64,000 nucleotides of DNA, taken from Lama glama (taxonomy: Eukaryota). Under the pieces are notes generated by a model. The model ran no database searches. It was not told the origin of the DNA and worked only from the letters and a program-made list of their open reading frames with translations. A program made the position numbers and the translations under genes. The stretch lies in contig CM052816.1 in the NCBI GenBank assembly GCA_028534125.1, forward strand, positions 83,268,001-83,332,000, written 5' to 3'. This document shows positions 26,022 through 37,820 of this stretch, one piece after another (position 1 is the first letter of the stretch; each line of letters begins with the position of its first letter).

Positions 26022-26294
26022 ATGTAGAATATATCTGAATGCCTGACTCAGTGGGAGGACAGGAAAGGAAGAGGAAAATAGTTTCTCTCAAATTCTCAAG
26101 ACAAAGAGAAGATGAGGTTATTAACAAAGTTGATTGGATTCAGTCTTTTGAGAGAAGGTAGAGAATGCATATAGATACAGGAAGGCTTCTTGAATTATTG
26201 GGGGAAAGTCAAAGGTTTATAGCATTGTGTGTGTGATATACGCACCAGTGTTTCAATCGGTTGCTTTTATATGGTTTGGATCCAAGATGTGGGG

Positions 26295-26984
26295 TGTGGT
26301 GGGCATATCCTAGGATGGTCCCTCATGATTCCCATGCCCTAGTGTTCACACCTTTTATGATAACTTCCTTTGGTGTGGGTGGGATCTGTGACTTGCTTCT
26401 AGCTAACAGAGTATGATAAAGGTGGAGAGATTTTTGTCAAAGAAATTAAATTCCCCAATAAGTTCTAGTAAAATTAATCGGGTAAAAGCTGTTAAAAGAA
26501 GGGCCAGGACCTCCCTGAGGTGAGATACTGCCCTTGCTGGCTTGATGAAGTGGGTAGTCACGCCGAGGAAGACCTCTGGCCACTTGTGGGTGGCCTCTTG
26601 GAACATTTGTTTGCCTCTAAGACTTAAGAGTGGTCTCCAGCCTTGGGCCAGCAGAAAGCCAATGCCCTCAGTTACACAGTCACAAGAAAATGACCCCTCC
26701 CAACAATGCGAATGACCTTGGAAGTGGACTCTTTCCTAGTTGAGCCTCCAGATGACAGTGTTATCTGGCCAACAGCCTGTTGGTAACCTTTTGAAACCCT
26801 CAGCAGAGTAGCAGGTGAAGCCACATCCAGAATCCTGACCCACAGTGCAGCGTTGGTGGTATAGTGGCGAGCATAGCTGCCTTCCAGAATCCTGACCCAC
26901 AAATACTGTGAGATAGTAAGTTTAGATTGTTTAAAATCACCAAGTCTGTGCTCATCTGTAACACAGCAACAGAGAAATAAAACA
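26295..26984 (+). mobile_element. MaLR LTR (MLT1E-like) carrying a tRNA-fragment insertion
   Basis: Starts tgtggtgggca...gatggtccctcatgatt, includes gtgtgggtgggatctgtgacttgcttcta, and ends gtaacacagcaacagagaaataaaaca. Confidence 0.8.
26850..26886 (+). pseudogene. 5'-half tRNA-Gly(TCC) tailless retropseudogene
   Basis: gcgttggtggtatagtggcgagcatagctgccttcca matches 36 of the first 37 nt of mammalian tRNA-Gly-TCC as recalled. It ends in the anticodon loop (TCC at 26883-26885). Flanked by an exact 19-bp direct repeat tccagaatcctgacccaca (26826-26844, 26883-26901). No poly(A). Confidence 0.9.
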
Positions 26985-28739
26985 GGCTTTTCCACTTAAA
27001 CAATGTGGATGGTGCACATCAGAGATCTACAGAGCTGAGTTCTAGTCTGAGGTGTAGCGTTTAAATCTTTTTTTTAATCTACGCACTTCACTGCTGTAAA
27101 TCAATTTTCTCTTCTGCAAAAGAAAAAAACAAAACACTCTGTCCTAAATTAAATCTTTATGTCCAAATCCAACATTCTATTACTTTTTGATTAGTAAATA
27201 TTCAGAGAATGATTCTCAATGGTCATTTCCTATAACCTTCAGAGCCCCATTAAAACTTGGCATTTACCACTTTTCTGTAACTTTATACCATCCACAGACA
27301 CCGGCAACAGACATATAATGTACAAAATAGCGTGCACCAAAAGAGCAATAAATATACAATTAATATGATAAAAGTGTCATAAAAATCCATTATTTAATTT
27401 GTATTTGGAAGTTTGCCAACAATGACTTCTGAAGATCTTTTTGGAAAGAAAAATCTATTGGTGTTTTTTACTAATCTTCAATTTTTAAGTGTTTAAAAGC
27501 ACTTGAGCTTTCTCTGAGGTAAATAATACCTAACTGTGAAATGGAATATTGTGATAACAAATACATTTGACACAGATATAACTATCTGTGCCTTTCTAAA
27601 GCTACCCAGCAAAGCCTGTATCACGTGGTAAAGAAGACTGCTTCTCAGTTCTAGAAGTTGAGTCTGATTTTGAAGAGCGACAACTACCTTTCTTCGCTTC
27701 TTATAAATGTGTCAAATTATAGACGAGCCTACATTTTAATAGCAAACTTAATAGGAGGGTCTTACAGTAAAATGAACGCACATTTCATAAAAGCAACTGC
27801 AAGAGTTTTAGAATGCTTGACGGTAAATAATAAACTCATGATAGCAAGCATCTCGTTGGGTGGTGTAGAGCTCTATATTTATTCCTGTCAGAGTTAATAT
27901 TTCCATTGATGATCTACAAAAATGAATAAAGCAGCCCACTAAACCATATTTTCACATGAAATTACACTGAAGAAATGTGTGGAGGGAAAAGAGAAACAGG
28001 GTAAAACAAATAGACTGTGACAAGATCATAGCAAACCCCTCTAGTTGTTGACAGTGTGAAACTTCAATCTAAGAGTTCTTCACACAAATCAGAGTGGAAA
28101 TGAATGCCAATGGGGTCAGTGATGATTTCATTACTTGGAGATGAAATAAGGAAAGGCATGTGAGAAAGAAATATTGGAATGTGTCAAAAATGATTCATTA
28201 TTGCAGAAAAAGGTAACAACACAAACAGATTCAGGAAGAAACAGAAAGGAAACCCACCAGCATTTTTTTTTTTCTAACTTGAAAATGAACTGTGAAATTT
28301 GAAACAGTAGATTTGCAAAAATGAAATGGCCTAACATATGAATTTGTTTGGGTGGGAGAAAGAACCATGAGGCCCCAATCAGTCACAGCATCACTCCTTA
28401 TGTCGTGTGTTATATATAAACTAAAATAATAGCATCTTTTTTGTATTGCAGATGAGAACTGTTTCTGATAAGTATACAACATATTCAGTGCAAAGTCAGG
28501 TTCTTCTGGAAATAGGGTCTTAATGTTTATTCCTGTACTTGAAAGCAGGTATTGTATTTTTTTTCCTTGGGAAGTTAACATTTGTAATAAAGAGTTTCCT
28601 CTATCCTTCACAGGTATTTATAAAATAAAACTTTACAACAGCATTTGCTTTCTTCCCAACATTCCTCCATCTCACTGTGTTTTCTCCTATGAAACAAGAA
28701 CTTTTCAGGTGCAGTTCATGCATGAATGTTTGAACAGAG

Positions 28740-29030
28740 AGTGCAGTATGTTTAAAACCTTCAGGAATTAGAAAGAGACACCTGGAATGAGGCAAACTCT
28801 ATATTTTCCCAGCTGTGCCTCCTGGGGTAAGTAGCTAAATTTCTCTGAACTTCTGTTTCCACAACAAGAAAATGAAAGAAAAAATAAAAGACATAATTCA
28901 GTGTATAGAGGGATCCAAATAAGTTAATTTTATCTGCAAAAGTAATGCATGCATGTAAATTGTATGTATATAAAGTGTTATGGCAACGACATTTTATCCT
29001 ATCCAGGCAAAAAGTGCTAACCATCAATGG
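28740..29030 (+). mobile_element. MIR SINE
   Basis: agctgtgcctcctggggtaagtagctaaatttctctgaacttctgtttcc resembles the MIR core. Confidence 0.55.
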
Positions 29031-31011
29031 GCAAAGCTAACAATACTCCACATCCAGTGCGCTGCTGTTCTTCACAGCCCACTTCCATCTGCCTTCCATT
29101 AACTGTGTGAGCAAGTTGTTTCCTCATTCTGTCCCCTGCTCTACCTCTGCGTGTCTACAATTTGTAGAAAAACTTGAGAGTCAAGAAAGCAGTTATTGAA
29201 TTTCTTCCTGAGCAAAAGTTTTTAAAGGAAGTTTTCAAAGTTGAAATCTTAAAAATTGAAAGCAAATGAAAATCATGAAGGTGAAAACATAAACCTCAAA
29301 GACATTGCATCCTTTCTCTTAGGCTTATTTCAGAGCTATGCAATCCAAACTTTGCTGTTTTACAAGAATCATCAAAAAGTTTCCTTTGGAATTCAGCGCT
29401 CTGGACATTTGAAGCAAATTCTGTGAAACTGTTAGGTGACATTTAAAGTTTCTGATTACAACAGGTTTAAGGAGAGATGAGGGAAAGGAGACAGGTGTTC
29501 TGTTTATTTTCTTCTACCCTTTAGATTTAAATCACTTTAAGGTAAACCAATAAAAGTTGTCCAAATTGGCTTATACCTAGTGATGAAACCCGACTAATTC
29601 TAAGATATGCATGCATTTGAATCCTTGCAGAGGATTCTTTAATCTTACATGTCTCTCATCTTTCTTCCTTGCAATAGTATCTTTTGATTAATATCTGTTG
29701 ATGATTTACTCACTAATTGACTGAATGAAAACACTGACACCTTTGAGACAAAGAATCCTAGGCTGAGTTAAAGCTGGATTGATTTAGTAACTTATTTGGC
29801 AGTTGCTTAATATTCCTAAACAGTTGTTTACTCATTAACAAAATGAAGATATTAATGGCTTTCAGCTCTAATTAAACCCTAAGCCAATTAAAGGTACAGG
29901 TCTGATGCGGGACATTGGAAAAAAAAGAAAAAAACTTGTCATAGTCTTTTCTATTCAACTACGTAGGCTGGTCAAATAGACCTCTAAAATCTAACCTTGC
30001 AAAACAATGACATGCATTAGGAAGCAGTGGACAATGGGAGAACTGAGCCCCAGTCCTAGCATTGGGCTTAATGGCCTGCTGGTTGGGTAACAGTGTGACA
30101 CCCGACTTCATTCCTTATCTTCCAACAAACAGGCATTAGAAGTAAGTGGCCCCAAGGTAACCAAGCATAGTCCAAGCAAAAACACTGAACTTATCACCAG
30201 ACACATAAGCCATAAAGGAATATGTCTATTCTAAGGGAATATGTCCACAGTTTGAGATTATCTATGAAAAGAAAGTTGCGAGGTAGGAGACAATCGAAAT
30301 CACATATTTCCCCCTTATCCGCTGTTTTTCTTTCCTCAAGAAAATCTGATGTTATTCTGAATATCTATTAGGTGTTTTTATTAGGGTTGACAACAACAAT
30401 AAAAATGCCACTTGAATATGAGAATAAAATAAAAATTTTGCTAACGTGTAAAGATAGCCATACTAGTTACACTAAAAGAGTACAAACCAGTAAGAAACTG
30501 TTTATAACGTAGTATGACCTTGAGCACTGGCACTTTGACTTGTCATTATTTTCCTGAGGTGACCCACTTGGACCAACTTTAATTAAGAACTATACCCTCA
30601 TAAAATAGATATTACCTTGATTACTATGCATGGAATGTCAATATTCACACTCCCACTCGCTATTTGTAAGGGAATAATAATCAAAACATATTTATTCCAA
30701 AGCTATAACGAAGCATAAAGCTGGAAGGCATGGTAAGGTCACTCTGTCTATAGTCTTTTTTTATGTGATTGCAATTAAAATATCTTAAATCACTCAAACC
30801 CCCCATTTGAAAATTTTTATAGCATATTTTTCACCTTTTTAAGGCAATGCCAAAATAATACAACAGAAAAATTGTGAGCACTAAAAACATTTTTATGGTA
30901 TGTGTGTTATAAAGTGACTCATTTTTCTAATCATTCTTAAAAAGATGTTTTAATAACTTTCCAAAATTATTCTCCATTTTTAATAAGCACCCCAAAATCC
31001 TACATATGTCA

Positions 31012-31542
31012 TGTGAAAGAATGTCAATCTAAATTGGAACCAGAGGATATTAAATAGAAAATCTTATGCATGTACCCTCAGGAAAACAAAATTTAAGGAC
31101 TAAGGGACTGGTTTTCCATAAATGCCTGATTTATAGAAAACTGATAGTACTGGAATGTTCTTAAATGATAGGGAGTTGGTCAGGGAACCTTGGGAAATTT
31201 TGCTTATGTTTTCCAGACGTACGAACAAGAAATGACTCTGGAAAGGTTGTTCTCCTAAAATAAACTGGATTGAGCTCTATTAGTGGGACTAGACTGGTTT
31301 CGTCTCCTTGGGGAATTTCCAAAGCTTGTCCCGTTCTTTATTTTCACAGATTCTAACTGAACTCTCCCTTCTTTACATTCCCTGTCCATAACCGTGACCT
31401 ATCCCAAATCCTCAACAGACTCACCTGAAGCTTGCTACAGTTTGTGTGTCCTGAATTGAAATTCCTCTGTTATTCCCAAATATAACTCGGCTTTTTAACA
31501 ATTTTGAACTTGCTTCATTTTACCTTTTTATTTAGGTAGACA
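31012..31542 (+). mobile_element. 5' LTR of a class I endogenous retrovirus
   Basis: tgtgaaag ... taggtagaca (TG..CA), followed 5 nt later by a PBS and then gag-pro-pol remnants. The 5' boundary is less certain than the 3' boundary. Confidence 0.75.
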
Positions 31543-31547
31543 TTCCT

Positions 31548-31565
31548 TGGCATCAGAAGTGGGAT
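31548..31565 (+). promoter_or_regulatory. Retroviral primer-binding site, tRNA-Leu
   Basis: tggcatcagaagtgggat matches 16/18 with TGGTGTCAGAAGTGGGAT, the complement of the tRNA-Leu(CAA) 3' end. Confidence 0.8.
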
Positions 31566-32189
31566 TCAAATGAGATGACCCCACAAAGGGTGACTACCCT
31601 TGGAACTGAGTGAGGTGCCCCCACTGAAGCCCGTGAGTCATTGCTTCTGAGTCATCGTCTACTTCTGCTTCGGTGAGTCTCCTCTTAGATTCTGGTCTTC
31701 CTCCCTTTGGGTGAGCTTTCTGACTTTATTTGGGATCTGTTTAAAGGTTTTGTCCTTTTTCATGAATACTTGTATTCTTACTGGAAGCATGCTAGAATTT
31801 TGGTATAATGCCTTTGGAATTCTTGAGAGCAAAATTTTGAAAAACATATACATCAATGAGCAAAGGTTGAGCAAATAAATGCTGAGTGCCTGCCACCTCC
31901 CTTTAGAGACTTTGGTCTCTAAAGCAAAGATTCCTGGTGAAAGCATAAATTGGTCACAGGCCAGACAGACATTAGATCATCTGCCAACTGCAAGACGATT
32001 TCCATGCCAAAAGGGACAACTGGTCATAGGTCAGACAACTGGGGCAAAGGCTGTCTTCCAGGATTAAAAAAAGAGAGAGAGAATCCTATGAAAGGAACAG
32101 AGGAAAACAAAGCACAACTCCCAACTCTGAAAACATACCCATCAGGCTATTGAGGAATTTTTCTTTGTTCTCAAGAAAACCTCTGAAAT

Positions 32190-33530
32190 ACGAGATTCTA
32201 GTCATCTAACAGTGGGCCTTCTTCAGGGATCCTGTCCAGTTTTATGTTAAATAATTATGGTCTCTCCTCATGCACATTTTTGGCTAAATGGTCCAATCTT
32301 ACTGAAGATAATTGAGAACTTCACTGGCCATTAGGAGAAACTTTCAGTCTCCCCAGTCATACTTAACTCTAGACTGAATTAGAAGACTACAACAATAAGA
32401 CTAAATCTGAATGGGGTAACTATTTTAATTGGGACCTGGAGGCTTCTAAACATATTTAGGGTTTTAAAATTACCTCTTTACAAATGCTATTTCTAAGTTA
32501 ACTGAAGGAAATAAACAACTGAAAGGAGATAAGCAGGTAGGTAAGACCTCTTCCTTGGTGGCACGAGCCAAAGTTTCCTCTAACCCCATTGTCCCACCTC
32601 CCCCTCTATGTCCACATTTGCCCTCTTCAATCCCTCTCCCTTTTTAATATCTAAACTCTCTCTCTCTTCTCTACTGCCCTAACCTTACCAATCAAGCCTA
32701 TTAAAGCTCTCCCTTTTAAAATTAGGTCTTCTGAGGATCCTGCAAAACATTAATTAATTTTGTTCTATGGACCAAAGCTGAACTTGGAGCTATAGTAAAA
32801 TATTTTCCCAAGATAAGTGAAGATCCTCATAGATTTGCCAAAGAATTCAATATTGTAATTCAAATTTATCATCTGGTTTGTTTGATCTTTATCAATTAAT
32901 CCACATGCTTATTGGAGAGGGTCAGGCCCAACACTGAATGAAAACTGATAACTGGGAAAGCCACAATCATTAGGATTCCAAGTAAGTCTTTGATAGGACC
33001 AAGCTCCTGCCACACCCAAAATGCTACATCTTGCCAGTCTGAGGGCTTTCCCTAAACCAGAAGACCAGGACAAAACTCAGGCATGCACCCAAAAGCCTGG
33101 TGAATCCGTTTATGATTACTGCAGCAGGCTCCAAATTGTTTTCAAAGAAAATCTGGACTCCCTATGTAAACTGCATCTACCAGGGTAGACTTTAATTCAA
33201 TGTTTATAAATAGTTTAAACAGAGATCTATCTTTGTTAGTCAAGAGAAGCCAAATAGAGTGAAAAACAATGTCCACCCTGATCTTGCCCATATAGCTAAC
33301 TCAGTCAGCCTGCACCCTAGAAGATGATTCCAAAAGAGGGGCAACTAAAAATTTAAGTCTCCAACTTCAACAGATGGAATCTCCCAAGCAAACTCTTCCT
33401 AACAGATTCTGTCATTATTGTAAAAACCCTGGCCACTGGAAGAGAGACCGCCACACTTATTTTTTTTTAAGTCTACACAATTATAGTTTTCCAAGAGTCA
33501 ACGGTCAAACTCATCCCAATGACGGGACTC
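32190..33530 (+). pseudogene. gag: Decayed ERV gag
   Basis: WTKAELGAIVKYFPKISEDPHRFAKEF from 32768. MHR-like QKPGESVYDYCSRL at ~33090. Zinc knuckle CHYCKNPGHWKRDR from 33410 (last Cys changed to Arg). Stops and frameshifts present. Confidence 0.85.
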
Positions 33531-33559
33531 CAAACAAGCACAGGGACTATTTCCTATTC

Positions 33560-34750
33560 TAGCATTAAATAAGCTGGGGGAAACTACTCTTCAGATCAGG
33601 GACAAATCCCTTACATATTAATTGACACAGGAGCTACGCTACGGATTCTCAACTTCACTACAATTAAACAGTCCCTTCTTTGGATTAATATATTTATTCA
33701 GACAGTGGGGGGCTCAGATAAACCACAATGTGTCTCTGTTTCTAAACCTATGCCCTTTTGCTTGGGACCTTTGCAAGATAAACAGCTGTTTCTCCTTACT
33801 GCTTTGACTCCTGATCACTTATTAGGAAGAGATTTCCTAGAAAAATATGCTGCCATTTCCTTCTCTTGGGAGACAGAAATAAATCTGGAGTTAAAACCCT
33901 TTGAATTTAAGTCCCTTGAATTGAATCACCAAGAAAATCCAAACTATTTTTTTCACATGTACTTTATAAGCCAGAGAAGATCAAATTTCAGACACCTCTC
34001 CAATACTAAATTTAGTGTACCCTAGTCTATGAGGAAAATCCTCCACAGACATAGACAGAATTCATACCCCCCCACATTAAGACCCAAATTGATCCCTCAA
34101 AATACCTCCAGAATTAATACCATATAAACAAAAAAGCTTACATGGTATAAGACCCATCATAGAAGACTATAAAGCACAGGAACTTATTATCCCTTGCACT
34201 AATCCTGTAATACCCCTGTTTTACCTGTAAGAAAACCTAATGGTCCAGGAAAAGGTTTGCTGAAGATATCCAAGCAATAAATAACATTATTGTTTCTCAC
34301 CATCCTGTTGTTCCTAATCCCCATACGTTATTAGCATCCATCCCTACTGAAAGCAAATTTTTCACTGTGATCAATTTATGCAGTGCATTATTTAGTATTC
34401 CAGTTGATAAGGATGGCCAATGTATTCTGGCCTTTACCTGGGGAGGACAACAATATACCTGGACAGAAATGGCCCAGGGTTTTACTAAAAGTCCTTCTTA
34501 CTTGCCACAAAATCTAAAAGCTGACCTAGATGATACAAAATTTTATGGAGGCTCTACCATATTATAATAGGTAGTCTCTGCTTATAATCTCAAGCCTCCT
34601 CACAAGAAGACAGATTTTACCTGCTAAACCTCTTAGCCAGTAAGGGACACAAGGACACAAAGGAAATATTGCAGTTTGTTCAAACTCAGGTTCAATATTT
34701 AGGATATTTAATCTCAGAACAAGGGTAACACCTATGTCCTGCTAGGCTTT
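33560..34750 (+). pseudogene. pol: Decayed ERV protease plus N-terminal RT (pro-pol), 3'-truncated
   Basis: LIDTGAT at 33618-33638, LLGRDFLEK, CNTPVLPVRKPNG, HPVVPNPHTLL and LCSALFSIPV...AFTWGGQQYTWTEMAQGFTKSPSY. The YxDD position is destroyed by stops near 34565. No RNaseH, IN, env or 3' LTR seen. Confidence 0.9.
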
Positions 34751-34754
34751 ATGT

Positions 34755-35530
34755 TCAGCAATTCTTTCAGTTTGACGAATGTCCACTGAAATCTCTGACA
34801 CAATCACGTATAGAACATTACTCTCACGTCGTAGGTCATCCCCACCACCCTCCATGCCTGGAACAACCACTGGTAAGCTTTTTCTGACCAGAGACAATTA
34901 GTGTATTCTAGAATTTTATATAAATGGAATCACACAACATGTATTCATTTATGTCTGTCTTTCATTAACATAATTTATCAGTGTAATCAAGTACATAAGT
35001 AATTTATTATTCTTTTTATTGTTTACTATTATTCCATTGTCCAATACACATTTTGTTCATCTATTCATCTTTTGAAAGGTATTTCAGTTTTAATTTCGGT
35101 TGTTGCAGGCAAGTGTACAAGTCTTTGTGAGAACATACCTTGCCGATTCACTTGTTTATACGCTTAAGAGTGGAATGGCTGTCATAAGAGTGTCATAGAC
35201 AACTGTTTTATTTTTTTCCAAAGATTGCCAGACAATTCTTCAAAGTAGTTATACCCTTCTACATTCCTATCAAGGTTTTATGAGAGTTCTAGTTGTTCTA
35301 AATTCTAGTAAATACTAAGCATTGTTTGCTTCGTTATTATAAAAACGTGTAGTAATATCTTAATGTGGTTTTAGATTGTGTTACTAGAGTCGTGATGTTG
35401 AGCATCCACTTATGAGCTATTTGTGTTTATCTTTTTTGTGAATTGTATTTTCAAATCTTTTGCTCATCTTTTGAAAAATTAGGTACTTTGTTTTTTAAAA
35501 AATTTAGTTGAAATTTTTATATATAGTTGG
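34755..35530 (-). mobile_element. Old LINE-1 (L1ME-like) 3' fragment
   Basis: ttctagaattttatataaatggaatcacacaacatg, aagagtggaatggctg and ttcaaatcttttgctcat are reverse-complement L1 3' motifs. Confidence 0.75.
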
Positions 35531-35689
35531 CATGCATCAAATAATGAAAGTTTTTATATCTAGAAACTTTCCTTACTTGGAAACAATGCAGAAAGCACAG
35601 ATAAGTTTGTATGTGTGGACTCATTTAAAGATAGAGTCAGACAAAGGAGTTTATTCTTTAAGTCATTATGCAATACCAGTATTTTAAAA

Positions 35690-36900
35690 CCTCCAATGGG
35701 GCATTATTTACAAGTTGACGAGGTGGTAATGAAATTCTTATTAAAATAAATTATCAAGAATAATTAAAACAATATAAAATAATAAGTAGGATTTTAAAAG
35801 CTAGAATAGTAAAACTGTCATGTAACAGTGATACTCACAGAAAACAAAGCGTAGCTCAAAAACAGATGGACCCTGCAGATGGTATGTGTGATATACAACA
35901 TATTTGGCATTGCAAATCAGTAGAGAAAACAGAATTTTCGATAAACCATGATAGGATAATTGGTTATCCATATGGCAAACAAATATAATTAAATATCCTT
36001 CTCATGTTAAGTATATATTTTTCTCTAAATACTTGAATATGAACAATAAAATTTAGACAGAATGTAGAAAACGGTGTTATGAGAGTTAAGTTTTTTTAAC
36101 TGACCAAAAAATAAAGCGTCTATTAAAAGACTAGCAGCAAATAGAAAGAAATGCAAATAGCTCATAAATGTGACAGGTTAGTATCCAGCAATACGAGGAA
36201 TTTACAAGAGCTCATAGACAATGATTCAAAATTCAACAGAGAAACAAGTGAAGAACATCTTGTGAATGCAAATTGTGTAAGAGGAAAACCTAATCACTAG
36301 TTAAACATATGAAAACAAAATTTGTTACATGCAGTTTAAAAAATAACCAGGCCACACCCATTAATACATATACAGTAATACTCCAGTGTTCTAATAGTCT
36401 CTCCAACACAAAGCACTGCCATGGAGATAAAGAGACAGGGGCAGCCCATAGATCACTTACATGCTGGAGAACAATTTGGCAACAGAATTTAGGTGAAGAT
36501 TCACAGGCCCTCCCTACAGCAGAACACTTGCAATTATAACTGTGTAGTGAAGATGTGCACATGAGCTTTAAGAACCATACATGATGAAATGATCGAGACA
36601 TATATTTAAAATAATGGCCAGAACCCAAATATCCATTTGTTGTTAAAAAAAAAAAAGTAAATCAAAATATACTCATGTAAAATAACATGTGCACAGCTTG
36701 ATATTATAATAACAAAAAGAAAAACATGTTCTAGAAGGAAGTCTACATTATTCATGTGAAGTTTATAAATAAATGGAAGCTTACTATATATTTTAACATA
36801 TTTTATATATGAAAATATTAGTTCATATTTATTAACATCAGTATACATTTATGATAATAATAATATATAAATGATCTGAATGAATGCCCAATAAGATGAG
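35690..36900 (+). mobile_element. Old LINE-1 (L1ME-like) ORF2/3' fragments
   Basis: ggataattggttatccatatgg, aaacatatgaaaa and aacccaaatatccat motifs. Very diverged. Confidence 0.55.
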
Positions 36901-37611
36901 AAACATGGAAATTTATAGAAATGAGAGGAATTATAAAACAGTACTTAACATCTAATATCCATGGGAATGAAAGAAACTGTAACTGCTAACTCTAATTTGT
37001 CCTTTTCCTTGCAGGCATAAAAATCCTAATAATTTTTAAAACCTCAAAGTTGGTAAATATGTACATGAAATATACCAGCAATGCTTTTGTATTTATTTGA
37101 ATATTATTTTATAAGATTGGAATGGACATTCAAATGGGAACAAAAATATGTAGACACATTTTACAGAGTGATTTCCATGATGGCCAATGCAAAGAGGGGA
37201 GACATTTTGAGAAAGAAATTACTTTGAATTTAACTTGCAAGTTGATATAACGATCAGGGAAGGGAGTTTAATATAGTATAAACTGAGAAATGTTATTTTA
37301 TTTCCTTTGAGATTTTCAAATATTTTAACTGAATTAAGTATTCTGAAACTTGGCACTGAAGATCTAGTAAATAAAGATATCCGTTAAATTCAGCAAATAA
37401 GTAAAATGCCTTTTCCACTTGATGACAAGGTAGATAAGCTTCATGCTTCCAGAATTCTCCCTTAGGATGTATATTACTGGAGGTGTATGTCAGTGTTGTG
37501 GCCTCACTGGGTCATTATTTTATCTCTGCTGGTTTCACTACTTCATTTGTTAGATCTGCTCTCAAAGGATCAGCTTATTGGTTTAATTTTGTCTCAAAAC
37601 AATGCCAGCTT

Positions 37612-37820
37612 TAGTATGTCATAGTGGTTACAATCCCTGAAACTGGTTTTAATCCCAGCTCTGACTTCAAAGTCTGTCTGTGCACCATTTTTTTTTCTAT
37701 CTGCAAAATGGGCACAACTACAGTAGCAAATTTATAGTATTATTTGGAAGATTAAATGCATGCAAAGGAGTTAATAAAAGTAAAATCTTTGTAAGAGTGT
37801 CTGGCATGCTCAATACAAGT
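37612..37820 (+). mobile_element. MIR SINE
   Basis: tagtggtta, aatcccagctctgac, atctgcaaaatggg, gaagattaaatg and agtgtctggca motifs in MIR order. Confidence 0.7.

Noticed and set aside
26850..26886. Functional tRNA-Gly gene
   Set aside because: Only the 5' half is present. There is no T-arm or B box and no 3' acceptor strand.
34755..36900. Twin-priming inversion of one L1
   Set aside because: The minus and plus fragments appear to cover overlapping L1 3' regions, so separate old insertions are more likely.
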